A stretch of 64,000 nt of DNA from Azolla caroliniana (taxonomy: Eukaryota; Plantae; Polypodiophyta): NCBI GenBank assembly GCA_043228905.1, contig JBHGNT010000004.1:12214001-12278000 (forward strand), read 5' to 3'. The position numbers were made by a program, and so were the translations under genes. The notes beneath the pieces are model-generated. The model was not told the origin of the DNA, did not search any database, and worked only from the letters and a program-made list of their open reading frames with translations. This document shows positions 50,399 to 60,938 of this stretch, piece by piece (position 1 is the stretch's first letter; every line of letters starts with the position of its first letter).

Positions 50399-53300
50399 AG
50401 GGGGAGTTTGTTGGGAATATGTCCCTCCAGTGGAAGGAAGAGCTGACTGTTCGGAAAATCGACAGTCGAAGAGTCGAAAACAGTGAGTCAACTATTTGTG
50501 AATTCGACTATTATTATTATGGTAATAATAATGATGATGTTAGGAAACAAGTCTCTCCGGATGGGGGGAGAGAGAGGAGCTGAGTTGATGGGGGACTTCG
50601 TCGAGGCCGAAACCATAATCATGTAAATAGCCAACTCGGGAGACTATATTTGTAAATAGTCTAAGTGTGCGCCCCATGAGGGCTACATATGTAAATAGCC
50701 AGAAAGTTGTGTAAGTATATAGACAACTAGGGAAAATTTTATGTGTGAGTAGTGTACAGAAGTTGTAGTGTGCAAGAGAGCCAGAGAGAGAGAAGTGTGA
50801 GCCGCGCCATAGTTGTGTGAGTAACAGCAGACACGAAGAGCCTTGTGCGACTGATACACTCGATAGAGTGTTGTATTCCTCTCGGTATTGTATATCCACT
50901 ATCCATAGTGAAGAATCTGTTCACCCGTGGTTTTCTCACGTTTTAGGGTTTCCACATAAATCTTTGTGCACCCTTGTTTATCTTGTCTTTCTAGCATTTT
51001 CTGTAATTCGTATTTCAGCATTGTCTGCTCATTGTGATTTATATTCCACAATGATTTCTCAACATCGACTACGAAGAGACATTTGCCCCGGTGGCAAAGA
51101 TGACGATTATGCGGACCGTGATCGCACTTGCATCAACGAAAGGGTGGCACCTCCACCAAATGGACGTCAAGAACACCTTTCTTCAAGGAGAATTAGAAGA
51201 TGAGAAGGTCCAATCACCCGGCTTCGAATCCAACATTCAACCGAAAGCTGTATGCCAACTCAAGAACCCCCTCTACGGCCTCAAGCATGCACCGCTTGCT
51301 TGGCATTCGAAGGTTACGCAATATCTTCATCAAATCGTCTTTCGAATGTCAAATTCCGACAACTCCCTCTACGTACGAAACGACTCTGGAAGCTCGATTG
51401 TCATCATGCTATACGTGGATGATCTGGTCATTGGAGGAGAAAGTTTAGTCGACATCAACAAGGTGAAATCCCTCCTCTCCAACAAATTTGAGATGATGGA
51501 CGTGAAGGAACTTCATTACTTCCTAGGCATCAAAGTAATTCGGATTCCGATCAACATTATGATCTCTCAACGACAGAGACGAGCGTGAGCCGATTCAATA
51601 TTGACAATTGATCAAGAGCCTCATCTATCTCACAATCACGCAACCCGACCTCAACTATCTGGTCGGCCTCCTTAGCCAATTCATGCAAACTCTACGAGAT
51701 ATCCATTTTGATTGCGCTAAGCGAGTATTACGATACATGAGTGTCACAATGGATTACGACATCCTTTACGCATAGGCCACACCAATTCGACTTGAAGGGT
51801 ACGCGGATGCCGACTGGGCCGGCTACAAGCCGATTGACGATCAACCTGTGGTTTTGTCTTCTCCCTTGGCAACGGAGCAACTTCATGGAGTAGCAAGAAG
51901 CAACCAACCGTAGCTCTTTCAAGTACGGAGGCCGAATACAAGGGCACAACCGTAGCTGCATTCCCATCAAGGATCTGACTCCCATTTACTGAGACAACAT
52001 GAGTAGTATATATGTGTCTTGGAACCCGGTGTTCCACGCATGCACAAAGCATATCGAGGTGCACTACCACTTCATTCGAGAGCGTGTTCAGGCCAGAGAT
52101 ATCGATCTTCTACACATCAACACGAATCTTCAAACAACCGACATCTTCACCAAGGCCTTAGGAGCTGACAAGCTTCGACAATTCATGTCAGACCTTGGAT
52201 TGACGATGCCTGACTTGCCAAGCTTGAAGGGGAGTACAAGCGAGAACCGGATACCGTCCAAACCGGGTGCAAGCCGAAGTGGACACTAGATATCATCCGA
52301 ACCGGATACCTACCGAAGCGGACATGAATCAAAAGGAACCGACCCGAGTTGAGCTTGAAGGGGTGTGTTCAGAATCAAGCTCAACATAGTGCAACGTGTG
52401 AACACACCTTTTGAGAATCTATGATTACTCAAAGGTCAAGAGTCACACCAGTACTCTCTACACATTAACTATGTGTCATAGAATCATACTCTATGACACA
52501 TAACTAATGAGTTACATATTCCCCATGACTATGAGTCTTCACATTCCCCAAGAGAGAGTGGTTGTTGTAGTTAGTTAATGAAGAGAGAGGGTGACTATAT
52601 ATAAAGCACCCTCCTCGTACTTCACATTAAGTCGGATGTGACTCCATGTAATGCTACATTTTTATATCTCTTACTTTACTTGTGAATATACATCTTTTTC
52701 TTGAGTACTTGATTGTGTTCCCATTCTATCTAATCTATCTTGTGTTTCTCTTGTCTTCTCTCTTTCCTCTGACACATACACACAACACACATCTCTTCCG
52801 TTACACAACAATCATACCCGATTCTTTATAGTACACATAAGAAAGATATGGAGGATACCCTAACTATCCTTAGCAAATAGACACGTCGCAACAAGGCAGC
52901 AGAAACAAAGACGGTGCACGGGCGAGCGTCAGCTGAGTGACCACCACGAGATGGTCCAAAAATAGTCGAGAGCTGGTGGAGAGTTGTCCGAGCACCAACT
53001 GAGAAGCGGCCACGAGATGGCCAAGAAACAGATGAATGTTGGTCGAGCAACCAAGATGTGGCTGAGATGCGACTGTCGAGCACGGCCAAGAGAAAGTCGA
53101 GAAGCCGAGAGTCGGCCGAAAAGGAGCGGCCGAGGGGCAGTCGGCCGAGACCCGAGCGACGACTGAGATGCGGCCAAATGAGACTACGACCAAGACACAT
53201 CGGCCATGACGTCGTCGGGAGAGACAACCAAGATAGAACCGAGAGACAATCGGCCAAGCACTAGCCGAGGGATGGTTGCAAGACGATCGAGAGATGGCCA

Positions 53301-54252
53301 AAGTCCGACCGGAGAGACGCAGTCGACAGCCATCCGAGCGCCGAGTAAGTGATGGCCGAGCAAGAGATGCAACCGAGAAACGGCCGACAACCATCTACGC
53401 ATAGGCCTAGAGATACTTGGCTAAGCACCAACCAAGTGACAGCCAAGAGTGGAGACTCAGTCGAGTGACGGTCGAGCGCCAAGAAAGAGACGACCGAGGG
53501 ACGTTTGACCAGTGAACAGTGTCAGTCGACACTGATAGATGTGTGAGGGCGATCGGTTAGTCGATGGTCAGAACCGATCTCCGGACAGAAGATCAGAGCA
53601 AGAAACGGCCAAAAAGACAAAGAAGGAAAATGAAGAAGAAGGATGAAGAAGACATGGCAGAAGCTAGGTGCCCAACATCCATAAGAGAAGAAGAGAAATC
53701 AAAGAAGTAGAAGCAAATCGAATAAAGAAGAAAGAAAGAGAAGAGGCAAAGAAGAAGAAAGTCGAAGAAACGAAAACCTAAAAAGAGAGGGGTTAACTGA
53801 CAAAATTTCAAAAGCTCAAGGGCCCCCCCATAGAATTTTGCAAATAGGGGGGGCATATGCATAAATTTCATAAGGGCAATCAATGAAATTTTTAAAAACT
53901 GAGGATACGAAATAAAATTTCAGAAATGCAAGGGTATAGAAACTCATCACCACTCACAATGATGAAGAAAAACACACACACATATATATATACATACATA
54001 CAGCCACAATCTTTTTTAAACCCTAAATGACTTTACCATAGTGGACAAGTCGATTGGTGTGTGATCTAATCATGCGATATGCTGACCAAACGAGAAGGTT
54101 CATGTCAAGCCAGCTCCGATCGAAGTTATTGATCGTAGAGTAGTGCTCCGGTCGAGGGATTTTTGACCGTCGAGAGAAAACCAATTGAGTTTCCAGTCAA
54201 AGAGTTTTTGGCATGGGCTTGTGGGTTTGACATGCAATGCACTGTCCCACGG

Positions 54253-55364
54253 TGTCGTGAAAATCTGTCACTATGTGCGGATCATGAGGCGGAACCACCG
54301 GGGTCTTGGACCGGAAGGATTCGAAGTTTGTAGTAGCTTTAGCGAGAAAGTATTTAAGATATATTGAAAGGGATTGCTATGGAGAGAGAGATTGAGATAA
54401 ATATTGAACGCTTAACTTTAGATTTGAGAGACAAGATCCATCACCATTAGAATAACTTGATTTTTTATTATTATTATAATTAATTTCTTCCCATTTTTTT
54501 CATTAGTCCCTCGCTCGATTGCTCCATTCTTTTATAGATGCCCCCATGCATATGATGCATGTGATGGTGCAAGACATGCACATAATGCATGAAATGCATG
54601 CGATGCATGTTTGCCATGTCACTCATCTAAGCTCTCATGTATGAGATCTTACATATAATTATAAAATGTAACTCTAAAGTCCTATTTAGCTTAGTGGTAA
54701 GTCATTTGGATCTTATCTACGAGGTGCAAGGTTCAAATTCTTACTTACACCCCCCATGTAAACACACAATTTTACAAGGCTTTAATCTTGTATATACAAA
54801 TGTTTAATTGTATATTACACCTTCCAATGAACCTATAGAAGATTTTGTTCGTTTCACCCCGAGAAATCTTCAAAGCACCGTACATCAAGATCCACCAATC
54901 CGATAGGTCCAATCCCGATCTGTCCGTCCCGACCGGTCCGGTGCTGTCCGTCCGGTCCAGTCCAAAACCCTATTTGAATAGCTTGGCCGCATCCATTCAT
55001 CTAAGTTATAGAACACACAACCTTTATGTGCTCTAAACACATTGCATAAAGAGATATGGCTCTACTTATATACTCTGGAATCCTGATGTTGTCCTATCTA
55101 TGTGGGATATCTTATAGTTTTGTTTTCCTCATCTTCTTCTCAAACTCAAACTCACACTCACATAACTTGACACTTAGTTGTCTGTTTCACATGTAGTAAA
55201 TGCATTTAGAAGCTCTTGATGATATCCATCTTTTCATACCAAGATTTTAACCTAATTGAAAATAGTATCTTTACTATTATTGTTTTATTTCGTGTGTGAA
55301 GAACCACAATCGATTTGTAATGTTCCTCGTAATTTTCACACCATTGTCGAAAATCTTCACGACA
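54253..55364 (-). repeat. Solo LTR Q of the Trp group
   Basis: TGTCGTGAA…TTCACGACA; TSD ACGG/ACTG; CCCGGTGGTTCC U5 motif shared with the C LTR on the minus strand; ATGCAT-rich block as in C and P. Confidence 0.8.
54680..54750 (+). other. tRNA-like A/B-box module in solo LTR Q (antisense to the element)
   Basis: TAGCTTAGTGG (54687-54697) … GGTTCAAAT (54730-54738). Confidence 0.62.
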
Positions 55365-56023
55365 ACTGGCATGCCAAGTGTTACCCATATAGGTGTACGG
55401 GAGGGTTAGGTGTAATGTGTAATATGAAATGTTAACGTGTGAGTGTGAGGTGGGGTAAGTAGGTGTAACTACCCCCATTCGGCTTTTTGTAATATCTTGA
55501 TAAGATCTTGTACTATTTAAACCCCACCCATCGGGCATGATTGTTGTACGTTTTAGGGTTAGGGTTAATGGTAATGATGATTGGTGATGGAGATGGTGTG
55601 TTTGATGAGGATGATGAGCGTTATGGGATTGATGGTGAGAGAGACGAAAAGCATTGAGAAGCATTGTGGGGTGGGGGGTGGTACCTAGAATGGCTCCACC
55701 CCCCTCCCAAGGGGGTTCAACGTTAAGGGGGAAGGAAGAGAGAGAGAAATGACAAGAGAGAGATTGAGAGAGAAATGGTTATTCTCTTCATTCATTCCCC
55801 ATAAGGGGTTAAATAGGTACAGAGGGTTACATACACAAGGGTGCAAGCCCCTTGGCCATTCACACCTAGCCACTCACTCACACCTCTTTGTATCCACCAC
55901 ACTCACAGTTACATTCACACTCATAATAGTATAACATTACACATACATATCAACACATTACATCTTTCACCCTCACTTATCACAATTATCAATCACCCGT
56001 ACATCTCGTACGGTAACACAATA

Positions 56024-56063
56024 TGGCACGCCCGTGGGAGAGTGCCTTGCACATCGATCCCAC
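56024..56063 (-). promoter_or_regulatory. tRNA-3'-end mimic at the PPT position of S
   Basis: Element strand GTGGGATCGATGTGCAAGGCACTCTCCCACGGGCGTGCCA, 3-5 nt before the LTR. Confidence 0.75.
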
Positions 56064-59000
56064 ATGCCTTGATAATAATCTTGTATGCCTACTACTAGTC
56101 GGCTATCAGTGTCTCCATCATCGTTGCCATCTCTGTCTCCGTTGTCATCGCCGTTTCCATCATTTGGCCTCTTCCGGCAGTCGTCATCGTCATCCATTGC
56201 CTTTGTCGGCCGTCATTCGATCGTCGGTGTCCTACGTCGTCACCATCTCTATCTCTGTCTTTGGCTCCGTCTCCGGCTGCCTATCCATAGATTGCACCGA
56301 TTACGCTTCCGCCATCGGTCCAGCCACTGTCTGGCCGTCTCCATGTTTGTAGTTGTTGAGTGTCGTCTAGTCCGGCCTCCTTTGTTTCAGTGCCGTTCGG
56401 CCACTCCAACTGCTCTTCAGTAGCTCTCGAGAGCGACCAGCTTTTTCCGGCCTCTCCTCCATATCTATCGGTCTCACCATTTTGTGTGTTGTTGACCGCT
56501 CTTCCACTCCTATCCGGCCATACTGGCTTCTCTTTCACCCTTGTCCATAGTTTTTTTTTTTTTTGTCGTCGTCGTTCTCTATGACCGTTCTGCTGCCATT
56601 TGGCGTCTTTATTTGGTCGTGCGTCTGGTCCGTCGTCCCGGCGGCCTGTCTGGTTCCCCGGCCTTGTCCGGCCCTCTAGCCGAACCAGCTCCTCCAGCCA
56701 CTGTCCGGCTATTTTGACCGGTTTCCGGCCCTTCTGGCCGCTCTTTCCGCTATCTGGCTATGTCTGTCAGGTCCATCTCCAAATGTCTCTGTCATTGGCC
56801 TTGTCGGCCCTATTCCGCCGTCTATTTTGGCCAAGGTCCATTGCTTTTCTGCGTCAGTCACTGTTTTGGCCATCTACTCCAGCGGGTTTTCCAGTTGCCC
56901 TTCAGCCGTTGTCCGGCCGTTCCGGCCACTCTTTAGCCATTATCTGGCCATTCCGACTGCACACCGGCCGCTCCCACCGTGTTGGTTTGTTTTTCTGGCC
57001 ATTGGTCATTCTTTCTACTGCCCTTTCTCTTTGTCACCATCATCTTTGGCGGACTCTTCACTTTTCCGTCTTGTTGTCCGGTCCTCCTTGTTCTTCTTTG
57101 GTGTTCTCCCGTCTCCTTCATTTTTATCATTTCTCGCACATTTCTTGTACATTGTCGGTTTGATTTCTTGCTCTCACACACATACTTCTACCACATATCA
57201 TTCCGTGAGTTCCTCTCCCACATCATACTACCACGGATTTTGTTGACTCCATGTCCAAACAGGGGTCGCCTTAGTGGTCGCCAAAAGGTGTTATATGTTT
57301 TTAGGGTTAGGGTTAATAGATTATTGATAATGATAAAGTTAGAAATAGGGCTAGCAATGATGGTAGATTGATAATGAAGATAGACATAGTGTAATGGTAA
57401 AAATGATGAAAAGTATGAGAGAGATCATGTGCATCGAGAAGCATTGTGGGGTGGGGGGTGGTGCCTAGAATGGCTCCACCCCCCTCCCAAGGGGGTTCAA
57501 CGTTAAGGAGAGGGAAGTGAGAGAGAGAGAGAGAGAGAGAGATTGAGAGAGAAATGGTTATTCTCTTTGTTCATTCCCCATAAGGGGTTAAATAGGTACA
57601 AAGGGTTAGATACACAAGGGTGCAAGCCCCTTGGGCATTCACACCTAACCACTCACGCACACCTCTTTGTATCCACCACACTCACACTTACATTCACACT
57701 CATAATAGCATAACATTACACATACATATCAACACATTACATCTTTCACCCTAACTTATCACAATTACCAATCACCCGTACAGCTTGTACGGCGACAGAA
57801 GACGAGAACGGCGGGGCCGGACAGACACACACACCAACAAACGAAGTGATAGAGATGGAGATGGTAATGGACACGGATGGAAACCAACAGAGACAATCAC
57901 AGAGTCGGCGACACAAAATGACCGGACAGAGACAGACAAGGCCGGGCAAAGACGACGTGAGACGGTGACGGAGCTGGGATGACAATCGGATGACGGTGGC
58001 CACATACCAACGGCTAGAGTGGTGGCCGACCAACAACGGCCCGGTCGGACAGAGACAACATGACCACGACCGAGTAATGGACAACGGCCAAGAACAACCT
58101 ATCACCGAAGAGCCACAGAAAAGCATGAGGAAACGGACAGACATAACCGGACGAACAAACAAACATGATCGGATGGGCTGAACGGCCGGAATGATGATGA
58201 GGTCGGGACAATCACCGGATTGTGGTGGCCAGACAACCAACGGCCGGAGCGATGGCCGAACGGCAACGGCCGGAGTGGCGGTAACATCAACAATCGACTC
58301 CCTCAATCGGAGCGCTTGACTCGAACATCTCCCTCGGTTAGTGAATCTTCATCGACACGAACATTCCCGTTCTGTCGATTCACGAACTTCGGTACATCAT
58401 TTGGGTCGTCAAAAAAACGTTGTATGTATGTGTGTTCTTCTTTGTATCTTGTGAGTCGCATCCATTTCTTTTAGGTGCATGAGTTTTTGAAATTCCGTAC
58501 GTGCCCTTTGATTTTTAAAATTTTAATTATGTACCCTTATGTTTATGAAATCTGCTCGTTATACCCTCATGTATATAGAATTCCAACAGTACCCTTAGCA
58601 TTGTTTTTCGAAATTTCTTAGATGTCCTCAGTTTCCAAATTCCTAGGATGCTCCATATGGTTCACTTTTTCCCTCCCTCTTTTCTGTTTCGTCTTCCTCT
58701 CTTTCCTCATTTCTTTTCTTTTCATGTCTGTTGGTCTTTTTCTGCCTGCCTGTGTCAGATTGTGCTTTCTTCTTCTTTTCCTCTGTCTTTCTCTTTGACT
58801 CCATCTTCTTGTCTATCTATCTCTCTCCTTCCATCTCTGTTCTTTCATATTCCTTTCTTTCTTCTCCTTGCTTTCTTCTTACGCCTTGTCTTTCTTCTCT
58901 TCTTCGGTCGTTCTTCCTCCTCTATTTTGTTTCTTCTTATTTTCTAATTTTTCTCTTCTTTCTTTTCTAATTCCATCGCTGTTTCCGACATCGTTTGCTG

Positions 59001-59345
59001 TTTTTTTTTTCCTCCCATTGGCCTTCTCTTCCACCAGTTGTCTGCCTACTGCTAGTCGGTTGTCAATGTCTCCATCGTCATTGCCATCTCTGTCTCCGTT
59101 ATCGTCGCCGTTTCCATCGCTTGGCCTCGTCCGGCAGTCGTTATCGTCATCCGTTGCCTCTGTCGGCCGTCATTCGATCGCCGGTGTCCTGCATTGTCGC
59201 CATCTCCATCTCTGTCTTTGGCTCTGTCTCTGGCCGCCTATCCATACATTGCACCAATTACGCTTCCGCCATCAGTCCGACCACTGTCTGGCCATCTCCA
59301 TGTTTGTAGTTGTCGAGTGTCGTCTAGTCCGGCCTCCTTGTCCGG

Positions 59346-59370
59346 CCCTAAACCCTAAACCCTAAACCCT
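59346..59370 (-). repeat. Interstitial plant telomere repeat, about 3.5 units of TTTAGGG
   Basis: (CCCTAAA)3CCCT on the + strand, flanked by a duplicated CCTTGTCCGGCCC. Confidence 0.9.
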
Positions 59371-60885
59371 TGTCCGGCCCGGTGGCCAACCAGCAGCGGC
59401 CTGGTCGAACAGAGACAACACGAACACGACCGACTAATGGATAACGGCCAAGAACAACCTATCGCTGAAGAGCCGCATAAAAGCATGAGGAAACGGATAG
59501 ACACAACTGGACGAACAGACAAACATGATCGGATGGGCTGAACGGCCGGAATGATGATGAAGCCGGGACGATCACCGGATTGTGGTGGCCAGACAACCAA
59601 CGGCCGGAGTGGTGGCCGAACGGCAATGGCCGGAGTGGCGACAACCGGATGGCCCTGACAAAGACAGTGGCGTTGGCCTCACAGTAGCCCGATAGTGGGG
59701 CAGTGGACGAACAGCGGCCAGAGCAGGGGCGATCGGATAGCCAACAAAGAAATGGCGGAAATAACCAGAAACAGCCGGTAAGAACTGCCAGACGAACTAA
59801 AACGGACCGGAACGGACAAACGGATGGACCGGAAGACAAATGCGAGTGCCAGAGAGAGACGGCGAAAGGGGTGGCTGGAGACGGAGACGGAAAGAGTGAC
59901 GGCAGTCAAACAGGGCCAACAAGACGATAAAGATGCCTGACGACAAACGACCAAACAATGGCCGAACAAACCGCCGGACAATGGACAACATCAGCTAGGA
60001 GATGCAACCGAAAGGACTCGATAGAGACGGGTAGCAGTGTCGATAAAGAGGTTGGACAATGGCCGGATCGACGACCAATATGTACAACGACGGCCGGATG
60101 ATGGCCAAAATAGAGATAGGGCGAATAGGGCTAATAGATGGCGACGATGCCGGATAGTGGCCGCATAGAGACGGTTGCAGAGCCAGAGATAGACGACAAC
60201 CGCCAAGTGATGGATACTATGGAGCTTGAGGAGAGGAAGCAAAAACAGGCATAACATAGAACAAGGAGAAATAGAGCAGAAGGAAGAAAAAAGAGTGAAG
60301 GTGAAGAAAGGAGGGAGCAGCACAAACAGAGAAGAAGAGAAAGAAAGATAAGGGAAATGGAAGGCATGGAGAGACGGAGAAGCGAGGAGGAGAGACAAAA
60401 AGAAAATGAAAGAGGAAAAAGAAAGAAGACAGAAGACGAAAAGGCAGAAGACTGGAAGAAGAAGACGAACAGATGAAGTAGGAAGAAATGCTTTCCATTG
60501 CAAGCAGGCTGCAGAATCCAAGGCAAAATAAACAATTACAATAATCATAATAATAAAACAAAAGAGAGAGAAATGACAAGAGAGAGATTGAGAGAGAAAT
60601 GGTTATTCTCTTCATTCATTCCCCATAAGGGGTTAAATAGGTACAAAGGGTTAGATACACAAGGGTGCAAGCCCCTTGGGCATTCACACCTAACCACTCA
60701 CACACACCTCTTTGTATCCACCACACTCACACTTACATTCACACTCATAATAGTATAACATTACACATACATATCAACACATTACATCTTTCACCCTCAC
60801 TTCTCACAATTACCAATCACCCGTACAACTTGTACGGTAACAATGAACAAAAGGAAAAATAATAGAGAAGTTACCCCCTCAACTG

Positions 60886-60891
<6 letters not shown>

Positions 60892-60934
<43 letters not shown>
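60892..60934. repeat. (CT)n microsatellite in the R LTR
   Basis: About 21 CT units. Confidence 0.95.

Positions 60935-60938
<4 letters not shown>

Larger units (their letters stand above)
43560..51064 (+). mobile_element. Full-length decayed Copia element O (Tnt1/Tork-like), carrying nested P
   Basis: LTRs 43560-44208 and 50409-51064; PBS TGGTATCAGAGCC (tRNA-iMet) at 44212; PPT ~50397-50406; TSD TCTAC/TCGAC; gag-PR-IN-RT-RH order. Confidence 0.96.
42203..52810 (+). mobile_element. Copia element N (same lineage as B), interrupted by O; 3' LTR 52366-~52810
   Basis: Integrase relic 42203-42950; RT resumes at 51065 (DYEETFAPVAKM; LYVDDL); RH; PPT; LTR. Confidence 0.88.
55542..60842 (-). mobile_element. 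Composite non-coding (LARD/TRIM-like) element S with three LTR copies and internal inversions
   Basis: LTRs 55542-56018, 57289-57797 and partial ~60563-60842; PBS TGGCGACCACTAAGG (57283-57269); outer TSD ATGAT/ATGAA. Confidence 0.8.

Noticed and set aside
52826-60615. Numerous ORFs, including hydrophobic F/L/S-rich 'membrane proteins'
   Set aside because: Products of CT/GA- and CGGCC-rich low-complexity non-coding TE interiors; no domain motifs.
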